64,000 nucleotides of DNA from Bacteroidaceae bacterium (lineage in GTDB: Bacteria > Bacteroidota > Bacteroidia > Bacteroidales > Bacteroidaceae): positions 577 to 64,576 of the forward strand of contig CAVKXW010000003.1 in the NCBI GenBank assembly GCA_963660215.1, read 5' to 3'. Shown piece by piece: positions 8,234-16,774 of the stretch (positions within the stretch are counted from its first letter, which is position 1; every line of letters begins with the position of its first letter). A model generated the notes under the pieces. The model was given only the letters and a program-made list of their open reading frames with translations. It was not told the origin of the DNA and did not search any database. Made by a program: the position numbers and the translations under genes.

Positions 8234-9511
8234 ATGACAAAGAAAGAAGTTCCAGTCCTGCTCTTGACAGGCTATCTGGGTAGCGGCAAGACTACCCTGC
8301 TTAACAAAATCTTGGCAAACAAGAAAGGCATTAAGTTTGCAGTCATCGTAAACGACATCGGCGAGGTGAACATCGACGCCGACCTCATTGAGAAAGGCGG
8401 TGTAGTAGGTCAGAAAGACGATTCGCTCGTATCCCTGCAGAACGGTTGCATCTGCTGCACGCTGAAGATGGACCTCGTGGAGCAGCTCAAGGAAATCGTA
8501 GATATGAAGCGCTTCGACTACATCGTAATCGAGGCTTCGGGCATCTGCGAGCCCGCCCCTATCGCCCAGACCATCTGCTCCATCCCTTCACTCGGCCCAC
8601 AGTATATCGAGAACGGCGTGTTGCGTCTCGACAGCATCGTGACCGTGGTAGACGCCCTGCGCATGAAGGACGAGTTTGCCAACGGTAGTGACCTGATGAA
8701 GAAAGACCTCGACGAGGAAGACCTAGCATCGCTCGTCATCCAGCAGATAGAGTTCTGTAACATCATCCTGCTGAACAAGGCTGCCGAGGTAGAGCCAAAG
8801 GAACTCGACCACCTGAAGCAAATCATCCGCGCCATCCAGCCAAAGGCAGAGATATTCGAGTGCAACTATGGTGACGTAGACCTCGACCTCATCGTCAACA
8901 ATCACAAGTTCGATTTCGAACAGGTGGCTTCTTCTGCAGGTTGGATTCAGGAAATCGAAGCCGAACATCACGAAGAGGAAGAAGAGGAGGATGAGGATGA
9001 ACACGAGCATCATCATCACGAGCACGAACATGAGCACGAGCATGAACATCATCATGAGCATGAGCACGAACATGAACATGAGCATCACCACCATCATCAC
9101 CACGACCATGACCACGACCATGAGGGAGGCGAGGTAGAGGAATACGGCATTGGAACATTCGTTTATTATCGCCGTCGCCCATTCGACTTGGGACTCTTCG
9201 ATGATTTCGTGGCAAGAAAATGGCCTAGAGACGTTGTTCGTGCCAAGGGCATTTGCTATTTCGATGACGAGCGCGACATGTGCTACGTGTTCGAACAGGC
9301 AGGCAAGCAGAAGACCGTGAAGCAGGCAGGACAATGGCTCGCCACCATGCCAGCCGACCAGCTCGCCGAGCTGCGCCGCAACAACCCTCAGCTAGAAAAG
9401 GAATGGGACGAGACCGTGGGCGACCGCATGATCAAGCTCGTCTTCATCGGCCAACACATCAAGGAGCAGAAGGATGCCATCATCGCCGAGCTCGACAAGT
9501 GTCTGGCATAA
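8234..9511 (+). CDS. COG0523-family (CobW/ZigA/YeiR-like) GTPase metallochaperone with a long His/Glu tract
   Basis: P-loop GYLGSGKTTLLNKIL, the metal-binding motif GCICCTL, and a 54-residue insert EHHEEEEEEDEDEHEHHHHEHEHEHEHEHHHEHEHEHEHEHHHHHHHDHDHDHE. Confidence 0.9.
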   Translation: MTKKEVPVLLLTGYLGSGKTTLLNKILANKKGIKFAVIVNDIGEVNIDADLIEKGGVVGQKDDSLVSLQNGCICCTLKMDLVEQLKEIVDMKRFDYIVIEASGICEPAPIAQTICSIPSLGPQYIENGVLRLDSIVTVVDALRMKDEFANGSDLMKKDLDEEDLASLVIQQIEFCNIILLNKAAEVEPKELDHLKQIIRAIQPKAEIFECNYGDVDLDLIVNNHKFDFEQVASSAGWIQEIEAEHHEEEEEEDEDEHEHHHHEHEHEHEHEHHHEHEHEHEHEHHHHHHHDHDHDHEGGEVEEYGIGTFVYYRRRPFDLGLFDDFVARKWPRDVVRAKGICYFDDERDMCYVFEQAGKQKTVKQAGQWLATMPADQLAELRRNNPQLEKEWDETVGDRMIKLVFIGQHIKEQKDAIIAELDKCLA

Positions 9512-9603
9512 GCCCATTTTCGGGTTTCTTCACGCTCCTATGATAAAAGGAAGGAAGAAATCTGTCAAAAAAAGATGAGGAATTTTACCTAGAAATAAGA
9601 AAA

Positions 9604-9648
9604 ACGAAGGAAAACGGCAGAAAAAATGCAGTTTTTCCTTCGTTTTTT
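9604..9648 (+). terminator. Rho-independent terminator after the COG0523 gene
   Basis: ACGAAGGAAAA (9604-9614) pairs perfectly with TTTTCCTTCGT (9633-9643) and is followed by a T-run to 9648. Confidence 0.7.
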
Positions 9649-9670
9649 AGTTTAATTCGTTTTTTTTTGT

Positions 9671-9678
9671 TAAATTTG
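9671..9678 (+). promoter_or_regulatory. -7 box TAAATTTG upstream of GNAT-ligA
   Basis: Exact TAnnTTTG match, 76 nt upstream of the ATG at 9755. Confidence 0.4.
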
Positions 9679-9754
9679 CACCCAAAATAGAGAATACTTG
9701 AAAAGAGGACAAGTAAATTGCGCCCGAAAACAAAAAGAGAATATTAATTAGGAT

Positions 9755-10279
9755 ATGAATACAGACTTCAGACCTGCATATATCAAAGACTTCACGGCTT
9801 GCTGGAAAATTATCGACCAAGCTCGTCGACTCATGGTGGCTTCCGGACGCCACCAATGGACTTTGGAGTACCCATCAGAAAAGGATATCAGAAGGGACAT
9901 TGACAATGGAAATGCTTTCGTCCTGACCGTAGATGATGAGGTCGCAGTGTATGGTGCCGTGATGCTCAACGGCGAGCCAAGATACGAAAAGATTGATGGA
10001 AAATGGATAACAGAAGGCGATTATTATGTAATCCACCGTTTCGCTACTCTCACCAAATATCAGAGAGAGGGATTGGCTAGAATCTTCATCAACAAGGTGA
10101 ACAGCCTTTGCGAAGTGGAAAGAGTGCCTAGCATCAAGGTGGACACCAATTACGACAATATCCCTATGATTAACTTGCTATCTTCCATGGGATTCTGTAT
10201 CTGTGGAAGAATTGACTATGGCACTGATCGAGGTACGAGATTCGCCTTCGAAAAGCGCACCATTGCCCAGGAGGACTAG
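9755..10279 (+). CDS. GNAT-family N-acetyltransferase
   Basis: 174 aa. The acetyl-CoA motif-A-like segment is VIHRFATLTKYQREGLARIF. Size and beta-alpha pattern are typical of GNAT proteins. Confidence 0.7.
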   Translation: MNTDFRPAYIKDFTACWKIIDQARRLMVASGRHQWTLEYPSEKDIRRDIDNGNAFVLTVDDEVAVYGAVMLNGEPRYEKIDGKWITEGDYYVIHRFATLTKYQREGLARIFINKVNSLCEVERVPSIKVDTNYDNIPMINLLSSMGFCICGRIDYGTDRGTRFAFEKRTIAQED

Positions 10280-10282
10280 AGC

Positions 10283-12250
10283 ATGGACGAGAAACAAAAA
10301 ATGATGCAAGGCTTGGTTGAAAAGCTCAACCAAGCATCTGATAGCTACTATAATGGCAAGGGCGAACTCATGACCGACTATGAGTGGGACGCCCTCTTCG
10401 ACCAGCTAAAAAAACTAGAGGAGCAAACGGGTGAAGTCTTGCCCGATTCCCCAACCAACCGTGTCTCGGAGGATTCTATCGTAGGCAAGAAAGAAGAACA
10501 TGAGTTTGCTGCCCTTTCACTGGCAAAGACCAAGCAGGTGGGCGACCTTGTGAAATGGGCTGAGAACCGCCCCATCTGGATTTCGTGGAAGCTAGATGGG
10601 CTTACCCTCGTAGTGACCTACGACAACGGCAAGCTTACCAAGGTAGTGACCCGAGGCAATGGACACATTGGTACTAATATCACACACTTGGCTCCTGCCA
10701 TCCAAGGCATTCCCGCCGTCATACAAGAGAAAGGACACCTCGTGGTTCGTGGCGAGGCTGTGATTTCCTACGCCGACTTCGAACAGTTTATCATCGAGAG
10801 CGAGGGCGACTACGCCAATCCTCGAAATCTCGCCTCGGGCTCTCTCAGCTTGAGGGACGTGGAAGAGGTGAAGCAACGCCACATTCAGTGGATACCTTTC
10901 ACCCTAGTCTACACTGACCGAGAAATCACGTCATGGGGCGAGCGTATGCTGATGCTTCAAGACCTAGGGTTTCACCCTGTGGAGCGTGAGCGCATCGACC
11001 AACCTAGCCCAGAAAGCATCCAGGCTGAAATCAATCGTTTCACCGAGAAAGTGACGAGCAAGAGCAATCCTTTCCCTGTGGATGGCTTGGTCATCTGCTA
11101 CGACGATACGGAATACGCCTCCACGGGCTCGGTTACGGGCCATCATGCCACCCGCGCAGGCTTTGCCTTCAAATGGCAAGACGAACACGCCGACACCGAA
11201 CTCGACCATATAGAGTGGTCGTGCGCTGCCAACACCATCACCCCAGTGGCTGTATTCAAGCCAGTGGAGCTGGAGGGAACCACCGTGCAGCGTGCCTCGC
11301 TCTGCAATGTGAGCGAGTGTGAGCGACTGGGCATTGGAGACAAGGGGACGAAACTGCAAGTCATCAAGGCTAACAAGATTATCCCTAAGATTATCAATGT
11401 CACCGATGTGGTGGGCAGCTTTGTAATTCCTAACGAATGTCCTGTTTGCCATTCCGCAGCTGTCGTGAGCGAGAGCGAGAGTGGAACAAAGACGCTACAT
11501 TGTACCAACGATGCCTGTCCAGCCAAGCAGTTGAAGAAGTTTGCACGCTTCGTCAGCAAGGAAGGCATCAACATCGATGGAATTTCGGAACAAACTGTAT
11601 GGAAATTCATCAACCATGGTTTTATCAGCGAATATGCTGATTTTTACCAACTGAAGAAATATGCCTTTGAGATTTCATGTTTCGAGGGATTTGGCAAAAA
11701 GAGTGTGAGCAACCTGCTCGAAAGCGTAGAAAAAAGCCGCCATACGGATGGCAGACATCTTCTCTACGCACTCAACATCCCGCTTTGTGGTGGTGATGTG
11801 GCTAAGAAATTGCTGAATCGTTATCCCGTGAGGCAGCTGATAGAGGCAGCCCGTCTCAGCATGTTCGACGACGAGTTTGCCAGCATCGACGGAATCGGAC
11901 CCGAGAAGAGTTCTAAGTTCATCGCCTGGTTCAAGGACGATGCCAATTTCGCTCATGTGCAGCGTCTTCTCGCCGAACTCGTCATTGAAGAGAATGAGCC
12001 TCAGGAGAAAGGTAACAAGTGCGAGAGCCTGACCTTTGTGGTGACAGGCGACGTGCAACATTACAAGAACCGCAACGAGCTGAAGGCTTACATCGAAAGT
12101 CAGGGCGGAAAGGTGACGGGAAGCGTGAGCAAGAGCACAAACTATCTGATTAACAACGACTCTACTTCGGGCAGCTCGAAGAACAAGAAAGCGCACGAAC
12201 TCAACATCCCTATCATCACAGAAGAGGAGTTCTTGGAGAAGTTTGTCTAA
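10283..12250 (+). CDS. ligA: NAD-dependent DNA ligase
   Basis: 655 aa. It has the adenylation motif WKLDGLTLVVTY (KxDG), a Cys4 zinc finger CPVCHS...HCTNDACPAK, an HhH region and a C-terminal BRCT (LTFVVTGDVQHYKNRNELKAYIESQGGKVTGSVSKSTNYLI). Confidence 0.9.
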   Translation: MDEKQKMMQGLVEKLNQASDSYYNGKGELMTDYEWDALFDQLKKLEEQTGEVLPDSPTNRVSEDSIVGKKEEHEFAALSLAKTKQVGDLVKWAENRPIWISWKLDGLTLVVTYDNGKLTKVVTRGNGHIGTNITHLAPAIQGIPAVIQEKGHLVVRGEAVISYADFEQFIIESEGDYANPRNLASGSLSLRDVEEVKQRHIQWIPFTLVYTDREITSWGERMLMLQDLGFHPVERERIDQPSPESIQAEINRFTEKVTSKSNPFPVDGLVICYDDTEYASTGSVTGHHATRAGFAFKWQDEHADTELDHIEWSCAANTITPVAVFKPVELEGTTVQRASLCNVSECERLGIGDKGTKLQVIKANKIIPKIINVTDVVGSFVIPNECPVCHSAAVVSESESGTKTLHCTNDACPAKQLKKFARFVSKEGINIDGISEQTVWKFINHGFISEYADFYQLKKYAFEISCFEGFGKKSVSNLLESVEKSRHTDGRHLLYALNIPLCGGDVAKKLLNRYPVRQLIEAARLSMFDDEFASIDGIGPEKSSKFIAWFKDDANFAHVQRLLAELVIEENEPQEKGNKCESLTFVVTGDVQHYKNRNELKAYIESQGGKVTGSVSKSTNYLINNDSTSGSSKNKKAHELNIPIITEEEFLEKFV

Positions 12251-12334
12251 ATTTATGTTAATGTTCCACGCTTTGATGCAAGGAAATGAGTCATCTGGTA
12301 TTTCTATCTCAGAACAACAAAAAAATGAGAAGTT

Positions 12335-13624
12335 ATGAATAAGAAAGTATTAAGCGCAGCCGTCTTGGCTACGGCTGTCATGGCTCTGTCTTCTTGCTCA
12401 ACCAGCAGGAATGCACAGAAAGACAAGAACGAAACAATCATGGACAATGGAGTGGTAACGCGTCCGTCTGCCGACATGGATATAGACCCAACCTTCTTGA
12501 TCATGTCTGACGCCCAACGCGACATCGTAAAAAGGAATAACCAGTTTGCCTTCAATCTCTTCCACCAGATGACTGGTATGGAATCGAAAGTGGTTTCGCC
12601 TGTGAGTGTGGCTTATCTGATGGGAATTCTTGCCAACGGGGCAGAAGGACAGACCCAAGAGGAAATATTAAAAGCGATTGGCTGTGAGGGAGTTGACTTG
12701 AAGCAGCTCAACGAATGCTACATGACCCTGATTCAGACGGCAGGCAAACTGGACAAGCAAACCACCGTAAACATCGCCAACTTTGTGGCAATCAACAAGA
12801 ATTATCAGCTTAATAAGCACTTCGCCCAGACCGTGGCAGACTATTACAAGGCTGGCTTGGAGAGCATGGACTTTACATCGGCGACGAGCACCTCTCGTAT
12901 CAACAACTGGTGCAAGGAACATACCGACGGAATGATTCCGCAGATTATCGACCAGGTAGACCCTAGCGCCGTTTCTTACCTCATGAACGCTATCTATTTC
13001 AATGGTACATGGCAGGAGAAATTTGACGAGAGGAACACCAAGAAGGAAAACTTCCAGGGCTACACTCGAAACATACAGAAGGTGGACATGATGCACCAGA
13101 ACAGGAAGTTCTTTTATATGGAGAACGAAATGCTGAAGGCTGTAGAACTGCCTTATGGAAATGGTACTTACAATATGTTGGTTTTGCTGCCAAACGCAGA
13201 TAAAAGCATCTCCGAAATGATGAAGAGCTTGAACCCTGAGATGCTGAAAAAGTTCTCTAGCCACATGGATCAATGTCAGGTAGATTTGAAACTGCCTAGG
13301 TTTACCACCGAGATGGAGTTGCCTCTCAACGACATCATCGGCAATCTGGGTGCTCCTTCGATGTTCTTGCCTGGCAAGGCAAACTTCAGTCAGTTTGCCA
13401 ACGGCGAATTCTTCGTTAGCAAGATGTTGCAAAAGGCAAAGATAGAGGTTAGCGAGCAAGGCACCAAGGCTGCTGCCGTCAGTGCGGCTATCATGGTGAT
13501 GTCGGCAATGCCTCATGAGACTCGCCGAGTAGAGTTTCATGCCAACCGTCCATTCGTTTATCTGATTCAAGACAGAAACAGTGGCGCCATCCTCTTTATG
13601 GGGCAATACACAGGGAATAATTAA
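12335..13624 (+). CDS. Serpin-family protease inhibitor, predicted lipoprotein
   Basis: 429 aa. Lipobox: AVMALSSC. Serpin N-terminal helix pattern: NNQFAFNLFHQM...VSPVSVAYLMGILANGAEGQTQEEILKAIG. Hinge: EQGTKAAAVSAAIM. C-terminal signature: FHANRPFVYLIQDRNSGAILFMGQ. Confidence 0.85.
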   Translation: MNKKVLSAAVLATAVMALSSCSTSRNAQKDKNETIMDNGVVTRPSADMDIDPTFLIMSDAQRDIVKRNNQFAFNLFHQMTGMESKVVSPVSVAYLMGILANGAEGQTQEEILKAIGCEGVDLKQLNECYMTLIQTAGKLDKQTTVNIANFVAINKNYQLNKHFAQTVADYYKAGLESMDFTSATSTSRINNWCKEHTDGMIPQIIDQVDPSAVSYLMNAIYFNGTWQEKFDERNTKKENFQGYTRNIQKVDMMHQNRKFFYMENEMLKAVELPYGNGTYNMLVLLPNADKSISEMMKSLNPEMLKKFSSHMDQCQVDLKLPRFTTEMELPLNDIIGNLGAPSMFLPGKANFSQFANGEFFVSKMLQKAKIEVSEQGTKAAAVSAAIMVMSAMPHETRRVEFHANRPFVYLIQDRNSGAILFMGQYTGNN

Positions 13625-13649
13625 ATTGTTAATATAGGCCAAAAATGGT

Positions 13650-13692
13650 AAGAGGGCTATCCTGCATTTTTGCACGGAAGCCCTCTTTTTTA
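13650..13692. terminator. Bidirectional terminator hairpin between the serpin (+) and GH43 (-) genes
   Basis: AAGAGGGCT (13650-13658) pairs with AGCCCTCTT (13679-13687). A T-run follows on the plus strand and an A-run precedes it, so it could also serve the minus strand. Confidence 0.6.
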
Positions 13693-13713
13693 TTGTTTTC
13701 TACTAAACTCTTT

Positions 13714-15411
13714 TTATTTTGTCACTCTGAACCAGTCTACGTCAATCCAACCACGATTGGTCTTGCCTGCTGGCTCTTGGGCGACAAAGCCCATTTTCGC
13801 TCCGATCCATTTCCCTTCTTTCATGGTGAACTCCTCGCCCACCTTTTCATATTTCTTGCCATCTTTGCTGAAATAGAACTGCATCTTTCCATCCTTTACC
13901 ACCATTCGCATGAAGGCGGTTTCGTGGATGGCTGGCTGATAATCTATCTTGTCGGCAGAGGTTGGCTTCAGGGTAGCGAGCACCTTCGTAGTCTCCTTGC
14001 CGCCCTTGTCCGCTTTTTGGCAGGTAATCTGCTGAAGCTCGAATTGGTTGCCCACTCTCTTTATGACGAGTGCCGAATAGTCGAGTCCCATCATGATGAT
14101 ACCTCCCATCTGGTTTTGGTCTTTGGCGGTAAGCTCCAGTTTGGCAGTGGCTGTAAACTCATCAGCAGGGGTTTTCTGCAAGAGCAAGTTTGGCGTGTGC
14201 CAGATAGTTTCGTCGCTCTTGTTGGTGTAGATGCGATATTTGCCCCAAGGTGTAGGCATTCCGAACCATTGCTGATAGTTTGCGTGCCATTGCCATTGCA
14301 ATCCAAGCTTTGGCTTGTTGAACTCGTCGCTCTCCAGAGGGTTCATGTTCACATGCTGGCTTGCCTTTGGCATCTTGTAGGTTTCGTAAGGTTCGCCACA
14401 GTAGCCCTTGGCTGGCACCTTGCCCATCACTGGCCAGTTGTCCTTCCAGGTCACGGGCTGTAGATGAACCACACGTCCGTAGGCTTCCTTGTCTTGGAAA
14501 TGCAGGAACCAATCCTCGCCAAAGGCAGTGTGAACCCAACCTCCCTGGTGAGGGCCGTTAATCTTGCTCTTGCCTTGCGCCAACACCTTCTTTGCCTCAT
14601 AAGGACCAAAAGGCGACTTGGAGCGCATGGCAACCTGAAAGCCTGTAGGCACGCCGCCAGCAGGGAACATCACCCAATACCAGCCGTTGCGCTTGTAGAA
14701 CTTAGGCCCCTCGCAGGTTCTATATTCCGTTCCGTTGCCATCGAACACAATGACAGGGTCGCTGATAGCCTTGGTACCCTCTGCGTTGAGCTCTCTCACA
14801 GTGATGACGGATGCGAAGCGATTGCGAGAGTTGGCCCATCCGTTGACGAGATAAACCCTGCCGTCTTCGTCCCAAAGTGGCGAGGTGTCAATCATTCCCT
14901 TGCCAGGAATCACGCACACCGGGGCTTCCCACTTGCCTGCTGGGTTCTTGGTCTTCACCATGAACACGCCATAGTCAGGGTCTCCCCAATAGATGTAAAA
15001 TTCGCCATTGTGGTAGCTGATACATGGAGCCCAAACTCCATTGCCGTGAGAAGGCTGGTCGAACTCGCTCTCTGGCTGGAGCTTTGTTACGGCATGGCCT
15101 ATCAACTCCCAGTTTACCAAATCCTTGCTGTGGAGAATAGGAAGGCCTGGAATGCAGTTGAAGCTGCTGGCTGTCATATAATAGTCTTCGCCCACGCAAA
15201 CTACGTCGGGGTCGCTGTAGTCGGCGTTGATTACTGGATTCTTGTACATTCCGTTGCCCAAGTCTGGATTCCAAACTTGCGAGATGTAAGGTTGGTCGGC
15301 CAGGGCTATTCCCGTCTTTGTGGTGGATAGTCCCGCTTGCCTAGGTGTATTTTGTGCCACCATCGGCATGGTTGCCATCAGTAGGGATAGCATCATGATT
15401 TGTTTTTTCAT
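13714..15411 (-). CDS. Glycoside hydrolase family 43 (beta-xylosidase / alpha-L-arabinofuranosidase type) with a C-terminal ConA-like domain
   Basis: 565 aa with a signal peptide. The GH43 N-terminal motif is YKNPVINADYSDPDVVCVGEDYYMTASSF...PILHSKDLVNWELIGHA. The C-terminal ~200 aa form a beta-sandwich-like extension. Confidence 0.85.
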   Translation of the reverse strand: MKKQIMMLSLLMATMPMVAQNTPRQAGLSTTKTGIALADQPYISQVWNPDLGNGMYKNPVINADYSDPDVVCVGEDYYMTASSFNCIPGLPILHSKDLVNWELIGHAVTKLQPESEFDQPSHGNGVWAPCISYHNGEFYIYWGDPDYGVFMVKTKNPAGKWEAPVCVIPGKGMIDTSPLWDEDGRVYLVNGWANSRNRFASVITVRELNAEGTKAISDPVIVFDGNGTEYRTCEGPKFYKRNGWYWVMFPAGGVPTGFQVAMRSKSPFGPYEAKKVLAQGKSKINGPHQGGWVHTAFGEDWFLHFQDKEAYGRVVHLQPVTWKDNWPVMGKVPAKGYCGEPYETYKMPKASQHVNMNPLESDEFNKPKLGLQWQWHANYQQWFGMPTPWGKYRIYTNKSDETIWHTPNLLLQKTPADEFTATAKLELTAKDQNQMGGIIMMGLDYSALVIKRVGNQFELQQITCQKADKGGKETTKVLATLKPTSADKIDYQPAIHETAFMRMVVKDGKMQFYFSKDGKKYEKVGEEFTMKEGKWIGAKMGFVAQEPAGKTNRGWIDVDWFRVTK

Positions 15412-15499
15412 TGTTTTGATAATTTGTCTTTAAGTTGTTGTTTTATAGTTGTTTAATGTATTTTCTTGAATGTTTTCTTTTGCCTGTGAAAACTCCTCG

Positions 15500-16603
15500 T
15501 TAGTGGAGCGGCGCTTCTTCCGAAGGCTTGCCTGGCATCACGCGTAGATGGTATCTGTTGCCGTCGTATTCTATGCGCATGATATTGCTGCGGTTGGCTT
15601 TCATCTCGTCGGTGGATGTGGCACTGAGATGGTTTGCAAGGTCGATGGCCACATGTCCCATGGTGCGTCGCAAGTTCAGTTCGATGCAAGGCACCACCCG
15701 ATAGCCTTCTTCCTCTGCGCTAATCATCATGTCTACGCCAAACGGACCGCTGTATACGTTCTTGAGCACTGGTTCCAAGACCTCAATGATGTGGGCTTTG
15801 ATGGCTGCCAGCTGATTCTCCGAGACGTAGGGCTTCAGTTGCTCGACCTTCTCTTCCTCAGAACAGAGCAAGTTGCCCGAATAGGCGCTCTTGATGGTCT
15901 GGAAAAGGGAAAGCCCACGATACTCCACCTTGCCGTCTTTCATCTCAAACTCCATGCCGAAGTCTTTCACCTTATTATAATATGGTTCCACGGTGACACC
16001 CCCCTGATGATAAATCACGTTGGCCACCCATCGCTCGAAGACAGGATAGTCGCCTGCGGTCTTAAAGTCGGCGGAGCTTACATATTTCACTCCTCTCCCG
16101 CTACTGCTCCAAGGAGCCTTTACCACAACCTTGCCGTGCTGCAATACGAGTTCCTTCACGCTCGGATAGTCGGTGGCGTAAGTCACTCCCTTCTGTAGAT
16201 GTTCGGCAGCCCACTGCCTGCTGCTCAACGCGCGTACCTTATTTAATAGCTCGTCGGTGGGGAGCATAATCTCGGGCACGCCCAAGCGAAGAAGCTCGTG
16301 CTTCAAGGCAAGGTTCCATCCCCAGGGATGAACGCTGTCTATAAACTCCGTCTTGAGCATGTGCTGCAACTGCGGCTTTGTGATAAACTCCACTTTCTCG
16401 GCAAGCGTCACGCCCAGGTGGCGCACTTTGTCGAGTGCATTGTCTATGTCGTCCACAAGAATCAAGTCGCCCTCGTCAGCCCAAAGAGCTGGAATGAACG
16501 CCAGGTCGCTTCTCAGTTGTCTTCCCGCATGTGGCGCGGTGAATTGACTGAGATGTGCTGCAAGAGCCAAATCGTGTTCTGGATTGAATATATGTAGTTT
16601 CAT
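15500..16603 (-). CDS. Conserved hypothetical protein with ATP-grasp-like motifs
   Basis: 367 aa. VVVKAPWSSSGRGVKYV (Lys plus Gly-rich loop), a central EPYY...DFGMEFEM segment, and a C-terminal GPFGVDMMI...PCIELNLRRTMG (resembles the E-x-N metal-ligand strand). There is no signal peptide. Confidence 0.5.
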   Translation of the reverse strand: MKLHIFNPEHDLALAAHLSQFTAPHAGRQLRSDLAFIPALWADEGDLILVDDIDNALDKVRHLGVTLAEKVEFITKPQLQHMLKTEFIDSVHPWGWNLALKHELLRLGVPEIMLPTDELLNKVRALSSRQWAAEHLQKGVTYATDYPSVKELVLQHGKVVVKAPWSSSGRGVKYVSSADFKTAGDYPVFERWVANVIYHQGGVTVEPYYNKVKDFGMEFEMKDGKVEYRGLSLFQTIKSAYSGNLLCSEEEKVEQLKPYVSENQLAAIKAHIIEVLEPVLKNVYSGPFGVDMMISAEEEGYRVVPCIELNLRRTMGHVAIDLANHLSATSTDEMKANRSNIMRIEYDGNRYHLRVMPGKPSEEAPLH

Positions 16604-16607
16604 GCTG

Positions 16608-16615
16608 CAAAGTTA
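16608..16615 (-). promoter_or_regulatory. -7 box TAACTTTG only 4 nt upstream of the ATG of the ATP-grasp-like gene
   Basis: The plus strand reads CAAAGTTA at 16608-16615. The minus strand reads TAACTTTGCAGCATG. Confidence 0.45.
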
Positions 16616-16730
16616 TAAAGAAAAGGTCGAAAAACGGCAAAAATCATTGAGTTTTACTTAGACAAGTGCTAAATAATGAAAAAAAAGTTAGTTTTTGCTA
16701 TCTTCACTTTGCAAATTAGAAATAATTAAT

Positions 16731-16738
16731 TACCTTTG
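16731..16738 (+). promoter_or_regulatory. -7 box TACCTTTG for the AAA ATPase gene
   Basis: Exact TAnnTTTG match. It overlaps the TTG used as the start of track ORF 16736, which argues for the downstream ATG at 16775. Confidence 0.45.
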
Positions 16739-16774
16739 CATCTGAAAAAACAAATAAGAAACGATACAAAACTC

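Noticed and set aside
8960-9121. Regular CAC/CAT-GAR DNA periodicity that could be mistaken for a repeat array or CRISPR
   Set aside because: It lies in frame inside the COG0523 CDS and encodes the His/Glu tract. There are no spacers and no flanking cas genes.
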